Source: Lytechinus pictus (taxonomy: Eukaryota). From it: a stretch of DNA of 64,000 bases. Made by a program: the position numbers and the translations under genes. The notes under the pieces were generated by a model. It worked only from the letters and a program-made list of their open reading frames with translations, had not been told where the DNA came from and did not search any database. The stretch is from assembly GCF_037042905.1 (NCBI RefSeq), contig NC_087257.1:24738001-24802000 (forward strand), read 5' to 3'. Of this stretch, positions 38,732 to 53,043 are shown piece after piece; the stretch's first letter is position 1, and every line of letters starts with the position of its first letter.

Positions 38732-38986
38732 ATGAAGAGCAATCAGGTGATATCTTTTTCTTATGGTGGCGTCACTGTGAGTGCTTCCGATATCAGCAAA
38801 GAACAAAATTCTGGGGTGAACACTTTACGCAACATCTCCTCCTATAATCGGAGGTTCGATAGTTTCCGAACGTCATCGGAAGGATTTCGGGTCCTGGGTG
38901 CGAATGACCGAACACTGTCGAAGAAATTCGATGTATCTGTAAATTCGTCAGTCTCTGTCAGGCGACCTCTTCCACCGTTGGTGAAG
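38732..38986 (+). CDS. Uncharacterised gene coding exon 1
   Basis: AAAATG start; AAG|gtagag donor. Confidence 0.65.
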
Positions 38987-41900
38987 GTAGAGCGCCCTCT
39001 TTATTGTTTAACCGACAAACTTATTTTAAACTAAAAAGGACTTAGATTTAATCGTTTCCGATTGCTAAATTCTGTTAATCATATTGTTTATTCCAGTACT
39101 GCTGTAATTATATGTATAATTGCTTCTGGCCGAGAGTCTATAACAGTCTATAGTATGTTAGAGATATGTTGCAAAAATAACAAAAACAAAATCACTGCCG
39201 ATCAATGAGAAAGGCAAGATAAAGATCTATCATGACCACCTTCTATCAAGACGCTATCAGTTATCAATAATGCATATCATAATTGTAGACTGAACTGAGT
39301 TCATTTCGATTTTAAAAATATAATTTAAAAAATACTTTTAGGGTGTCTGTTGACGGTAATTCAACGCAAACAGTGTAATTCTCCGCATGTCTTTCGATCA
39401 TCTTCTTTTTTTCGTTTCTACAGAACAACACTTGCAAAAGATCAAGAAGAGAGTTGCCGTCATATTTTCCCCTCGTAGCACCAAAGCCTGTTCTACCACC
39501 GATCAACCCAAAAAAGAAGAACTTTTCTCGATTCGGGGAAGACAATAATAATGGAATTAGTTTTCATTCTGAGGACGCCAAGCCTCAAAATCGACCAGTA
39601 ACCATGACAACCAAACTTATTCTTAATGACAGCCCCGGTGATGCATTTGACGGGGAGTGTTTTCTTCCCCTATGGGCTTCTACTCCTAAGAATTCTCAAA
39701 CAATATTACGTTCTCAGAAAAGTCGGCCCCTTCCGATACCTATCGATGTGGTATTTCGGCAATCTTCGGGCACTTCCGAGCAGGATACATTTTCATCATC
39801 GTATACGAAGGCACTGAGTACATGCGTAACATGCGACATCCATGACGAAGGAGTTCGGCCAACGGGGAAAAGGGAACGTCGGAAAAAATTAAGCCGCGAT
39901 AAAACTAAGGAGTGGGTAAAATCGTCGGACTTTGCCTTGAAGACTGCAGACGACGAAGCACTGTCGTCGCTCGAGACCGGAAACTTCCAGACACTATCGT
40001 CCGTCACATTCAGTGCCGATCTTCCACCAAAAGACTGCAATAAACCAAAGAGTACAGATCATCAGCTCAGAAAGATTGTTAGTAGCCTGAATGCACTGAA
40101 ACCCCCTTCGTTGCCGTTTCGGATCGTCGTCCACGAGCGCCTCATCAAGTTCAGTGTCGATCTCCAGTTCCGCGTCCAGTTCATCAAAGATTGGTGGCGG
40201 GAGATCAGGTTCCCTCGGTTGCCAATGCCAAAGATAACCATCGACATCGACTTCGCCACGTTCACTCAGCTTAGAGAACCCCTGAGGGAGTTTTGCGCTC
40301 GACTTCGAGAGAGTTTAAGATACCCCAAACCGATAATCCTCGACCCGCCACCGAGGTATGTCCACATCCCGCCATCCGCAGTAAATCTTCACGACGCTGC
40401 GTTGATAACCGACGAACGCAAGAGACGCAAACTCACGCAGTCGCTCCTGCAATATGATAAAACACCCAGATGCTCTCCTCTCCGAGCTGACGTCACAATG
40501 GTTGATGATGATCTCGAGGGCAAGGGGCCTCGATGCGTCTTCAAGGACAGGAATGGACGTTGTTTTAAAACAGGTTCAGGGCTTCATGTTACTTTTGCAG
40601 ACGAGCAGCAGGAAGATGATCAGGATTCGTCACCAAGCAAAGCCCCAAGAATAAACGATGGGAAACCAATGCCTGTGACGAAAAATGAACAAGTATCGGA
40701 GGTAAATAATTTCGAGCTTATTCTTTTGAGCATATTAATCATGATGATAATAGAAAAGTAACCCATGACTTGGAAAAGGATTATGATGATAACCATTTGT
40801 TGTATTATAAAGTGAATGAACCATTTATATTCCTTTTCATTCTCGTCATGCCAGAAACAATTCAACAGCGCGAGGAAAAGGCTGGCAGCGATGTTGAAAA
40901 AGCTAGACGATCCTTCTTGGTATGAAACCTGGATTAAAGAAAACGGTACGTACGTTGATTTGTCAAGGAATGTTATATAACGGTCATAATGAACGACTAG
41001 AAAGATTACTATGTATAAGCATGATAAGGCTGACCCTGGGTGGGGCGCCCCCCCCCCCCACACACATTATAAGAACCAAGCTTGCAAGTCTCATCAATCA
41101 TTATCATTGCAGTGTGTATAACACCCGGGTATAACACGCAAATATCCCTTTCACAATAGATGCAAATTGTCGCATCGCCACGTTCTTGTCGCAGAACAGT
41201 AATCAGAAATTAAGAACCATGCAACGATGTATTTTATGAACAATGTTATATGAAACCAATTGCAGTATAGTTTTCCCGCGTGCGCGTATGAGTTTTCATA
41301 ATGATTAAAGGTAGATTTTTTTTTCTACCGCCCTATGCATTGCCAAGAAGGTCCCTATCATGAATCATGAAGTGAATTGAACGAAGTAAATTTTTTGTCG
41401 TACCCCTCTATATCTACCGAAATCCTTAATTTTAATCAGATTGAAAACAAAAAGAAAATTTAGTTAAAATCATCAGCTCTCACAGACATGAGAAGAAACA
41501 AACCAATGATGCAAGCACACGAGACGGGAACAGTATAACACCGTCCTAAAATTGTGTTCTTTTCGTATTCTTTAAATGCCAAATAGACCAATTCGAAATG
41601 GATTTGAAAGGATTCAACCCAAAGAAGCTTGACCTCATTCGGGCGCTCATCTACGCGATCGAACACGAGCCTTGTCAGAGGTTGACGATCCATGGTAAAG
41701 GTGAAGACGAGGACAGTGACCGCGGAGCGATCGCGAGACAGATGATGCGCGTACACCAGCAGTTCGCGCATCATCGCTTTGGAATGTCCCAAAGACAGGT
41801 ATGTGTCCGCCCTTTAACATGTTTAATAGTATGCTGATATTGCCTCGATAAGTTATGGTAAAAATAGTTTGTTTTGAAATCATGTATACGATCTTGGTCT

Positions 41901-44900
41901 TGTCAAAACGTTTAATGCCAACCGGGGGGGGGGGGTGTACTTATTCTCCCTTACTCATGAGAGGAGGTGCCGTGGCCTAGTGGTCTGATTAAGGCTTCTG
42001 ACTATAGAAAGTGAAAGTCAGGGGTTCTATCTCCGGCGCCGGCACCTATCCTACATTCAAATAAATGGAAGTGCTATACGCATTCTTGTTTTAGTGTGCA
42101 TTTGTTAAAAAAAAGATGGGTTTCATGAAATGAAAAAGGGGGGTGCAACACTCCCCTTAAGCCTTGCAATGAAATAAGAGCACCGGTCATTGGTATCAGA
42201 AATCGTCAGGGCGATTACAGCGATTGCAACATTTTAAAGTGTTATTGACAATCACGGGGATTCACGGCATGTACCATTTTCCTCATGGGTGGAGAGAAGC
42301 AGGTCTGACTAGATGCATGGTCCATTATTATATAGGCATTAGAACTGCGGAAAAACAACATTCCAAGTCTATTCAGGGTTGGCTACATTTTGCAATAAAT
42401 CAGATATTTTACAAGTTCCATGGCATATCTTACAAACCGGCAGTTGATGTATGCCTTATACCACTTCCATTTTTCATGTACAACTGCAACCCCACTATCG
42501 TGACATTAAAGGCGATATGATGCTAATCGTTCTCGTATCGATCTGTCGGATATCTCAGGAACAGAAAAAAATATTTCAGACCATGTTTACGATTTTCTCA
42601 CCCTTTCACCCATGTTTCTTTCACCGCGTGAGTGTAAGGTCAAAGTTCAATGGACTTTGGAACTTGCCCATGAACTAGCAGTGTCAAAAATAAATTCATA
42701 ACCCTGGCATTTTCACCTTGCATTGTATATTTTGGCTCTACATGCAGTAAAGTAGTACAGAAAATAATGTGGATTCTAAACGTAGTAGCGCACTATCTTT
42801 ATATACTCGTCGGTTGAATAGTTTGTGCGCTATTATTATTGAATTGAATTGAATGGAATTGAAATGAATTCAAATGGTATACTATGAAACTTTTAAAGCA
42901 GTCATATACACTGAATTGTGAAATACTTTACACAGTAAAATACAAATTATGTATATATAATATCATAAAAATAATCACATGTAAGAAGGAATTTTTGGTG
43001 AGATGTTACGTTTGGTGAATATAAAAAAAGAATAGGTTAAAACGATTTTACACGAAACTATAACATCATAATGACCATGATATATCTCAATATGGGCTAG
43101 TCAACATTTTGAAATGGCAATGCAAGGACCGGTCAAACTGTGCACGTAAACAAATGGTAAATCAGAACAAGATGCAATTGGAGGTATTTATATAGGAGGA
43201 CTATATTTATAAGCTCGGGATTTGATCTCAGAGCAGCGTCGTCATCGATAGTCTGAGGTCTTTTCAAAAGGCACCTTTTCCGTGATTTTCAATTTTCAAA
43301 ATATTTTTCAAATCTCATTTAAGGAAACATAAAAAGTGAGGGAGAGTAGAGAGAGGGAGGGAAAGAGAAAGAGACAGGCAGAGGGGTGAACATGGTGAAG
43401 ATTAAATTATGATAAAATTTGGAGAGTGAGGGCCAGGAGTGAGGGGGGGGGGCAAAAAGTTAAGTATTAAACATGTTTATCGTTTACTTTCTACTGGAAA
43501 AAAAAACAATCCATATTCACTGCGAACCCATCAAGGACAAAATGAAAAAAAGGGTGAAAAGGATTTGTTAAAGCAGTACACAATAATATTATTAATCGAT
43601 CCTCTTGCCTCCCTTTTATCCTAAGGCATTGCTATCATTTTCTTCCTCGTTATCATCCTTATCGGTATAATCTTTTCATCGCCGCNNNNNNNNNNNNNNN
43701 NNNNNNNNNNNNNNNNNNNNNNNNNNNNNNNNNNNNNNNNNNNNNNNNNNNNNNNNNNNNNNNNNNNNNNNNNNNNNNNNNNNNNNNNNNNNNNNNNNNN
43801 NNNNNNNNNNNNNNNNNNNNNNNNNNNNNNNNNNNNNNNNNNNNNNNNNNNNNNNNNNNNNNNNNNNNNNNNNNNNNNNNNNNNNNNNNNNNNNNNNNNN
43901 NNNNNNNNNNNCATCATCTTATCATCACCATCATCATCATCTTATCATCACCATCATCATCATCATCATCATCACAATCATCATCATCATCTTATCATCA
44001 CCATCATCATCATCATCATCATCAACAGCACCGTCAAAATCATCATGATCATTATATGACCACAAGAACCATCCTATTTTCATCATCGTCACCATCATGC
44101 ATTTTTTGCCAACGTCATTAATCTTCATGATCTTTGCCACCATTTATTATTCTATAGTTTCATTTTTTTTTGCTATTATCATTTTCCCATAGATAATATT
44201 TTCCGTTTTGATTATACCCTTCTTGATTCATTTTTTACTATGTCATTTTCGCCCTCAATAATACATTTTTTAGAAAATTATTTTCAAATGAAGTATTCAA
44301 CACAGTTAGATGGTTTCAAACAATAAATATTTTTTTACTAAAATCAATCCCAAGATATTATCCTCCCTCTTCCCTTTCTCTGAGAGAGTTTTATTTGTTT
44401 TTCAAAGGTTTTTTTTTAGTTTCAATAAATAACAGTGTCACTTTTTATTTCGACGATAGATAGGGAAAAGTAGAACTTTATAAGGATATTATCATTATGA
44501 TTTTCTTTAATCATTTTACCAAGGCAAAATCATTGTTTTTTGTCATAAATATTGCTTATGGCACTGAAAACAAAAAGATTTTGGTCGGAAATGCCTGATT
44601 TGACCAACATTGATAGTTGGTCTTATAGGGCTGGCGTACACCATGGGAGGGGGTCCTTGGGGACCATGGTCACCAAAATTTTTCACGAGAAAGAAAAAAG
44701 CTAGGGAAGAAAAGAAAGGAAATGGGTGAATTATAATATATTTTGAACACTTATGTAAAAATCTATCACAACTGCTGACCACTGAGAGATAAAAAAAAAT
44801 CGAAAGTTGAGCTAAACCTGAGCAGTTAGCCGAACAAAATAAAAATGTACAAAAAAGTATAAAAAATATGTCAATTTTTTGGCAGTTCATGCCTATTATT

Positions 44901-45419
44901 ATAATGACCTAGTTGCTGCCCGAATATATCCATGTCATTAAAAAAAAAATCATATACCCCGTCCTAAGTATATATCTGCCTACTATTAATTTGTTCGTGA
45001 AAAAGCAAAACATATAAAAGTATTATAATGTATTCATGTCACCTTCGCTGGCCAGTAAATATTACGCAACATGCCATGATGTATAGTTGTATAATCGACT
45101 AGCAATACCATAAATACCTTCACGTGCAAAATAAATAACTCAATTATTTTTTTTTCTCGTGTTCCCACAGCCAAGCACCGGTCTCGGTCCAGCCATGCAC
45201 CCCGGAGCTACGGCTTATGGAATCAAGGATGTGGGTTACTGCAGCGTGTCGACCCACATTATGTATACAGATGATCGTGCTGGCTGCCTAGCGTGTAGAG
45301 TCCTGAAGGCCGCCCGGCGTTTCGGCTGCGAGGACCGTCTCGCATCGCTGTTAGCTCGACCCACGATTGGGGATTGCTTCTCGCGTGTATGTAGGCGGAG
45401 TGAGGGATGGCGTGACTAA
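38732..45419 (+). CDS. Uncharacterised protein, 5 coding exons, ~694 aa
   Basis: join(38732..38986,39424..40701,40855..40945,41587..41798,45171..45419) = 2085 nt, GT-AG, phase-consistent, GC-richer than the introns; AATAAA at 45773-45778. No family recognised. Confidence 0.75.
39424..40701 (+). CDS. Uncharacterised gene coding exon 2 (426 codons)
   Basis: Polypyrimidine tract + tacag| ... GAG|gtaaat; long open frame. Confidence 0.85.
40855..40945 (+). CDS. Uncharacterised gene coding exon 3
   Basis: gccag| KQFNSARKRLAAMLKKLDDPSWYETWIKEN G|gtacgt. Confidence 0.7.
41587..41798 (+). CDS. Uncharacterised gene coding exon 4
   Basis: aatag| ... CAG|gtatgt. Confidence 0.75.
41962..42050 (+). mobile_element. 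Degenerate tRNA-derived SINE head
   Basis: TGGCCTAGTGG box A and GGTTCTATCTCC box B-like. Confidence 0.45.
43686..43911. other. Assembly gap (N run) adjoining a (CAT)n microsatellite
   Basis: N characters; (CAT)n continues to ~44100. Confidence 0.99.
45171..45419 (+). CDS. Uncharacterised gene last coding exon (Cys/His-rich)
   Basis: Strong polypyrimidine tract cacag|; TAA ending at 45419. Confidence 0.75.
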   Translation, partial: PSTGLGPAMHPGATAYGIKDVGYCSVSTHIMYTDDRAGCLACRVLKAARRFGCEDRLASLLARPTIGDCFSRVCRRSEGWRD

Positions 45420-46129
45420 AACTAACTGACTTTACAGATAAAAATCATGTTACAATATACTGTATAATGCAGCTTTGAATATCAGCTGTATAGTAAATTT
45501 CTTATTACTCCCTGGTACAGAATATAACTAAGGGGAAAAGGCAGGGAAAAGGTAAGGGTCTACTTTATGTGACACAGAAAGGCATGCATTTACCTACCTG
45601 CTTTAATACATACAGGTGCAAGAAGATAACCATGATGATGATGCAAGTTGATATAAATGCAGTATAACGCTTTTAATACTACCAGTGTTCTTGTTTATTC
45701 CAGTCAGTCATCAAATTACCCTTATAAGGTGCTGAAATAATGTCATGTTTTAAAATGAAAACGTAGAACCGAAATAAATGAAATTGAATTATATAAACAT
45801 ACATTTTTGGTTGTTATAGCTCATGCATATGTGAACTGAAAAACCCCACTAAAATTAATGTTTGATACCAGATAATGGTCAACATAGATATATTGAAGCA
45901 GTTTGAGAGACCCCTCACCGATAGGCCTATATAATTCTAACTGAGAGATTACATGCAGTTCTTCAACCTGCATGGGAACACTGTTTTCAATGCAGGGCCA
46001 AGTGTTTATTATAGAGAAGAGCTCTTCATATAATTTTGTATCGGGTCTAAATATCACATGCCTGCCTGCATCGGCATGATCGGAGAGAGAAATTGTTGTG
46101 TGTGTGTGGGGGGGGGGGGGGGTTGTCTA

Positions 46130-46355
46130 CACAGTAAAAAAAAATTATACAACGCTGTTTACTATATGAACCTTACAGTAATTGTTTAAAAACAGTTTAA
46201 ACAAGTGTTTAAATCTTAAGCAACAAAGTTTAATTTTCAATATCTAATCTTCAATAAATTAAACATGATTGTTTAAACGGTTAAACAAAATACTGTAAGG
46301 TTCATAATTATAGTAAACAGCGTTGTATAAAATCTTAAACAGCGTTTTTACTGTG
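46130..46355. mobile_element. Palindromic AT-rich MITE
   Basis: CACAGTAAAAA...TATACAACGCTGTTTACTAT / ATAGTAAACAGCGTTGTATA...TTTTTACTGTG inverted arms. Confidence 0.6.
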
Positions 46356-46610
46356 GTACATGACTTGGGTTCAAATGTATTTCTTTATTTTCTTTATTTC
46401 ATCAATTTCTTTATTTTCTGTATGATATTTCCTTTTTTTTCAGTGAATGGACCAGTTGACTAACTTTTATTTATAAATTTATGTATATGTATATGAATCA
46501 CTTATTTTACTGATACCTTGATGAATTATTTACGAAGCTTTTTGTCAGTTTGTTTTAATTTGAACATGTAACACCGATCCTATATACGTAGTCTCCATTG
46601 GCTTGTGATA

Positions 46611-46888
46611 AAGGCACGCATTTTGTTTAAAGTCCTCATGCACTCTTTTTCAGAAGTGCGTTAACATGGTTAATGGGAATGCCCCTGCCTACCTCGGTGA
46701 TTTAATTCAGAAATATAAACCCAGTCGAAATCTTCGTTCACAATCAGACCTCTCTGAAATAAATACGAGTAAAGTCCAAGACTTTTGGTGATAGAGCTTT
46801 TGGGAAAATCGCACCAAAATTGTGGAACAATCTGCCTCATAATATACGATCAATAACAGATTTCAATAGATTCAAATCTGTGTTAAAA
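46611..46888 (+). mobile_element. LINE (L2/CR1-like) ORF2 3' fragment, degenerate
   Basis: Translates with frameshifts to RILFKVL...NAPAYLGDLIQKYKPSRNLRS...KTFGDRAF...APKLWNNLP.NIR...FKS.LK, the typical L2/CR1 ORF2 C-terminus. Confidence 0.75.
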
Positions 46889-47199
46889 AACAACAAAATG
46901 TTTGGTATCTTTTTACCCAACAAACATGCATGTTCCCATTTTACCCAATATTGGGTAAACTTTGCTTTTAGAGTGTGCATGACGAGATATTGAAATAACG
47001 CTATATATACATACAATATTTTATATTATCGCGGGTTTGCCCCGTTCATTAATTGAACACAATTTTGTTCCTGTCCCCCAAAACATACCCGTTTTTTTAA
47101 ATTCACTGCAGTTGACTTTACCTTATACGATGTTTGTCGCTCGAATTTGAATTGCAAAATGTTTGAATGAAACTCACACATATTGCATTGGAAATATTA

Positions 47200-48175
47200 C
47201 TTTGCGAGGTAAAAATCGCAGGCGCAAAATTAGTCGTACTGATAATGTCAGAGATAAAATGTCAAGTGGTAAAATGGCAGAAGAAAATGACAGAGTGGAA
47301 AATGACAAATGTAAGGGTTAAAAAATGTCAGAGGTTAAAGTGGCAGAGGTAAAGCATCAGTTCTAAAAAAAGCCAGAGGTAAAAAGTGGCAGAGGTGAAA
47401 AAAGCACTTTAAACAAAAAAGACCGAGGTAATAGCAGTTCGAAAAAGGCAGAGGTGAAAGCTGCTGTTATAAAATATGTCAGGGGTAAAAATAGCAGTTA
47501 TAAACATGGCAGAGGTGAAAATAGCACTTTAAAAAAAAGGACAGATGTAAAAATTGCAGAGGTAATAGCAGTTCTAAAAAAAAGCAGAGGTGAAAAAAGC
47601 ATTTCTAAAAAAATGTCAGGGGGGAAATAAAAATGGCAGAATTAAAAACAGCAGTACCAAAAAATGGCGCAGGTGAAAATGTCAGTATAATGGCAGATAA
47701 GAGGTAGAAATCGGAGAAGTGTAAATGAGGTACTAAACTTTGTGACATTACGGAGGTAAAATGACAATGGTATAAAGCGAACACGGTAGAGGCAAAATGT
47801 CAGTCTCGGAGGTAAAAATGTGAGAGGTAAAAAATGTCAGGAAAATGGCAGATGACAGGTAAAATCGCAGAGCCGGGGTAAAAATAAGGTCAAATGGATT
47901 TTGTAACATTGCAGAGGTAAATTGACAGTGTCAGAGGTAAAAACATGACAAATGTAAAAATAGCATGGGTTAAAAAATAAGAAGTCAAAACTGCATGGCA
48001 GAAGTCAAAGTAGCAAAGGTAAATGGGAGTGGTAACAATAGCAGAGGTGAATATGGCAGCGTAAAATGGCATTGGCACAAAAGATGTAAAATGACAGATG
48101 TAAAACAGCACAATGGCAGAGGTAAAATGGCAAGCAGATTTAAAAATGGCATAGGAGAACAATGACAGAGGTAAT
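47200..48175. repeat. Degenerate minisatellite, core AAAATGGCAGAGGT
   Basis: Dozens of imperfect ~14-20 bp units. Confidence 0.75.
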
Positions 48176-48557
48176 TTGTTCGGTGCACAATTTTTCTAAA
48201 CCACGCTTTTTAAGTACTGTTGTACAGTTATGTCTCCATTGTGTAAATGAATAGTTCATCTGCTGGCAACAGTAGGCTTTAATGCCACTGGCGTACAGAG
48301 GGAGGGAGGGGGGGCTTGAGAGCATGGAACCCCACAATTTTTCAAATTTTCACGACCGAGGAAAAAAAAGAAAAGGAAAGAAAAGAATCGTTAAAATATG
48401 ATATTTTTTATAAATGAAAATTATATCTAAATCTGTCACAAAATTTGAATTTTATATGATAAAGATATAAAACAGCGTTTCAGTATTCTTCTCTTTAATA
48501 GCTAGGGCATACGGCGTGAGTCCCTTTATTTATTTTTTGGCTCATAACGCCACTGTA

Positions 48558-48998
48558 CAGTGCGTATAAAAAAAAACGGGACAGTTTTGAAAAGTCTATA
48601 AAAAATTTGTTTCAAATTATTATATCTATATTTTGATGTTAATAGATGCTCTGATATCTTATCTTTAAAATGCAATTAAAAAAATATAATTTGTTCATGC
48701 TTGAGCGAACATGGGACGTTTTTGTCTGGGGTTAAAAAGGAGGCTTGCGCCAAAATGGCATAAAATGATAAATATGATGGTCGGACTTCTTGCTAATCAG
48801 CAGACTTCCTCTTGACCTTTTCATTATCTTTGCCATAATTTCCGTGTTCGCTCAAGCATGAACGAAACTAAATTATTTTGATGGCATTTGAAGGATAAGA
48901 CCTCAGAGCACCTATTGACACCAAAATATAGAGATCATAATTTGAAACAAAAATTTTATAGACTTTTCAAATCTGTCCCGTTTTTTTTATACGCACTG
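48558..48998. mobile_element. Tc1/mariner-type MITE with long TIRs
   Basis: TA|CAGTGCGTATAAAAAAAAACGGGACAG...CTGTCCCGTTTTTTTTATACGCACTG|TA; inverted similarity extends ~150 bp. Confidence 0.85.
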
Positions 48999-51914
48999 TA
49001 TAGTGCTAACCTACTATAGGTCATGTTGTTAACGCCATGTAGGCCTGGCACAGGGGTCGCGGAAGCCGTCTACAAAAACGTAAAAATGACCATAATTATG
49101 ATTGTAATTTTTTTGCATGGTCAGCCCCCCTCTCCCCACTTTGAAAACCGTTCCGCGGCCCCTGTGGTATGTAACTCTAAATTATCCCAGGTCAAAGTGA
49201 CCCGGATATCTGGTCATTATTTTGTGACACTCCCCGATCCACGTTGATCCAGGTAAAATTGACCCGGAATAACGTTCGCATAATGGGACATTCATATTCC
49301 ATGTACACAGAAAATATGCTTCTCGATCGCAGTCCTGTGTCTCTTCACAGCTGTATATAATAGTATTTGCACAAAGATCATTATTGAGTTTGTATAATAT
49401 GGGTTATTGTTGAACCGACATAACCCCAACACTCTTTTGAAAGTAACTCGGCACAGGGTTCATGAACAGGTCAGATTAGAATTTACATTCCAGTTTCAAG
49501 CCACATATCTATGTACATGTATGTCTGTCTGTCCATCCGTATAATTATGTTTCTGTCATGGCTACTGGACATTTCTCCATTCTTTCGGTTTCGAACCTAT
49601 AACCCCGTCTCAAAACTGCATCGTCCCCGATCGTCCCTTTCAAGTTGAATTTCCAATTCGCTCCTTACGAAATCATGACGATGTTGAAAAGTATATATAT
49701 AGGCAATAATTTGATCCCACTTTTGTTTTTCCTCACTCATAATTAATTTCCGTTTTACTATCGTATTTGCCGTGATTTTTGACAGCATATACATTATACA
49801 GCCACCCTGGCGAAACCAGCTCTAGTCGGAATAAATATATCACCGCGTTATTTCAAATGATATACCATCAGACCATCGGGTTTGGAGTCAGTTTCGGTTG
49901 TGTTGCTGTCAGTCATTACGATTGCATTTAGCATAATGTACATCAGTTACGCAAAAAAATCTTTTCTTATATTATTGATGCATATTTTGCAACAGATTTC
50001 TATTTAGACAACTCACTTAAAATGATACTTATTTCGTATGGTCATTATATGCAAGGGAGGACAATTTCCTGTGTTTTTCCAACTACCATCATTATGACGT
50101 ATGATTTAACGGACAGGTTCACCAACGATGTGAACAACAGGGTTATAAGATACCAGAAAAGTTAAAAATCAAACTAATAAAGGTACACTGAAAATGAGTC
50201 ATGAAATCAGATGTAAAAAAATAGTAACATTTTAAATTTTGCTTGATTTCTTGAAAGATCCGTAAAACACAGTTCATAGGCTTATATACACGACACGGCG
50301 GTATGAAATAGCGGAGCAAATAGTTTTATGAATAGGAATATGAAACATTCTAAATCTCTTCTCTATATTAATGTAGAATATTGTTTGCCAGTTCTGCGAG
50401 AACATGTGAAATCAGAATTATCATGCTTATTCAGCTTATTCACGCTTATTCAGTTATATCGCAAATATTTGTTACAATGTATGAAAATGATTTGTATCAA
50501 TATTTATGTCTTTTCTGTTGGAAATAAATCTGAATCTGAATTGTTAGTTACAATAAGTCAATAACGATCTAATTTGTAATTTAAAACAGTTAGAATATGT
50601 CACCGAATTTGCATATGTTCATCGTCAGTGCTGTGCAAGATTTTTTTTTTTTTTGGTTGAAGATGAAGTTTTACATCGTATATTTTCCGTTTATGTTTAC
50701 GTAAGTAGTCAACCTGCTGAGGGATGGACTCAAATCTGAAAGATTTTGATTATTCAGTGACACGATGAGCAAAATAAATTATCAAAATGCAAGCGAGCAA
50801 AACTATATATCGACATTATTTTTGCATGAAAAATGAAAAAAAAAACTTAAATTCTGCTGTTTTGTACCAAACGTTTTGAAGAAATCATCAAATAATGAAA
50901 ACAATATCACGTGATTTGCTTTTATCACTATTTTCTTTTCGTCAGTAACCTTGCAGGGATGTCTGTAAATGACACAGAAGATTTCAACAAGACTAGTGTA
51001 CGGCCAGTAAAAGAAAGATGCGCATGTCCCATGATGCTTTGCAGTACGTTCCCATTAATTTAAAATAAATTATTGAAACTACATTGCCATAACTTTTTAA
51101 CTTTTTTTTTACTCCCATCCGATTTTGATGAAATTAAAAATGTTGCGTTTATTTATTTTTCTCTAATTTGTTGAAATTACCATTTTCCGTAATTCACTCA
51201 TTCATTCATTTATTTATTTATTCATCCATTTATCAATCTATTCATTTTGGTTTGTTTATTCATTTATCATTTATTGATTCATTTTTCAATTCATTAACCA
51301 ATTCATTTATCCATTATTTTGTTTACTGACTCATTATTATTATATTTAGGGGGGTAGACATTGTCTCCGAAACATTTTGGGTTGTGTACAGCAGCAGTAG
51401 TTTTAAGTTGAAATCTGGATAACTGTTTTTATTGTTCAGATCTGTATTGCAAATGTTATTTCTCCAACAATGAAATTGAAATGTGTGAAAAAATAAAATC
51501 CAGGCACACTTTGTAAAAACTGTATAGATATTGGATTTTTGTCCCTTGAGAAGATTCTATTTATTTCTAGAGACGCAGTGAACCTTGTACTGCCCTGTGT
51601 GATATATCTATTGTCGGTTTGGACGTTTGGCTGGTAGTTACTCACAACTGCATTTATATACAAACATAACAAAACGACCTCTAAGAAACACCAAATGATA
51701 ACAACCCAAAACCAAAGAAAAAAGCAATTGGTTTATCATGGTGAACTAAAGTTTGGCCACATGAAAATAGTTCCACTGAAAACAGTTTAAATTGACCTGC
51801 ATCCAAACAGTTGTGAATCAGGCCAATTTATAATGATTTGAATTGGGCCTATTATGTATTCATGTGACCACTTCCCTTAGGCCACCAATTCACGTCAAAT
51901 TTGTATGTTTGAGA

Positions 51915-52117
51915 CAAGGGCGGATCCAGGATTTTCCAAAAAGGGGGCGCATTTTCCCGAGGAAAAATTTGACAAGCAAAAAACAAGTCTTCACTTTCAA
52001 AAGCGGTGGGGGCACACACATTTTAACGGCATTTGTACATTACAAATTTTAATTGTGCCTCTCAAAGGGGCGGGGGCACGGACCGGCTTTGCCCCCCCCC
52101 CCCTGGATCCGCCAGTG
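51915..52117. mobile_element. Poly-G/C MITE (GGCGGATCCAGG termini)
   Basis: CAAGGGCGGATCCAGG...CCTGGATCCGCCAGTG; same terminal motif at ~2889 and ~20041. Confidence 0.55.
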
Positions 52118-52439
52118 GTGCTACTGTCGTTATTCTCTTGATCTATTTGCATTCTGTTGATTTTTTGTTGATGTTATATTTTCATTAAATACTAAATTAT
52201 ATAAAACAAAATCAAACGTAGAAATATGATGACGTCACCGTTCTGTAGGCCTATACTCTATAAATCGCAAGACAACAGAACGCTATTATAATGTTGCTCG
52301 TGGAAAAAAAAAATCCAAAACAATTTTTATACGAGGACTTTTACTAATGTTGTATGGTGAAAATGGCATCCATCTGCCAAAGCAACAGTTTGAACATGAA
52401 CAAGAAATTTAAACAAATCGACAATTTTGGGTCTTGGTT

Positions 52440-53043
52440 TGATTTCTATACGCATGCCGTTTGCTGTTTGTTTAAACTAAAGTTCGTTGACCCTAAATGA
52501 CCTTTGACCTTAGTCATGTGACCTGAAACTCGCGCAGGCTATTCAGGGATACATGGTTGCTCTTATGTCAAAGTTTCATGAACTAGATCCACAAACTTTT
52601 AAAGTTATGATGACAATTTCACAAATACCCCCGATGGTCAAAGTTCATTGACCCCAATTGACTTCTGACCTTGGTCATGAGACCTGAAACTCAGGCAGGA
52701 TCTTCAGTGATACACCATTACCCTTAAGTTTCATCCAAGTTATGATGACATTCCAAAAACTTAACCTTGGTTAAGATTTCAATATCGATTCCCCCAACAT
52801 GGTCCAAGTTCATTGACCCTAAATGACCTTTGACCTTGGTCATGTGACCTGAAACTCAGACAGGATATTCAGTAATACTTGAATACCCTTATGTCCAAGT
52901 TTTATGAACTAGGTCCATACTCTCGAAGTTATGATATTACATTTAAAAAACTTAACCTTTGTTAAGATTGTTGACGACGCCGCCGTCGCCGTCGGAAAAG
53001 CGCCGCCTATATAGTCTCGCTCAGCTATGCAGGTGAGACAAAA
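52440..53043 (+). mobile_element. Modular repeat with ~160-bp tandem cores and a 3' hairpin (Tsp/pearl/HINE-like)
   Basis: Three copies of GTTCATTGACCCTAAATGACCTTTGACCTTGGTCATGTGACCTGAAACTC, then a (GAC/GCC)n run, then a GTCTCGC...GTGAGAC hairpin followed by AAAA. Confidence 0.55.

Noticed and set aside
47200-48175. Repeat-spacer-like periodicity (also 20040-21760 and 52440-52900) resembling CRISPR
   Set aside because: Eukaryotic context, degenerate units, non-unique spacers and no cas genes; these are satellites or TE-internal repeats.
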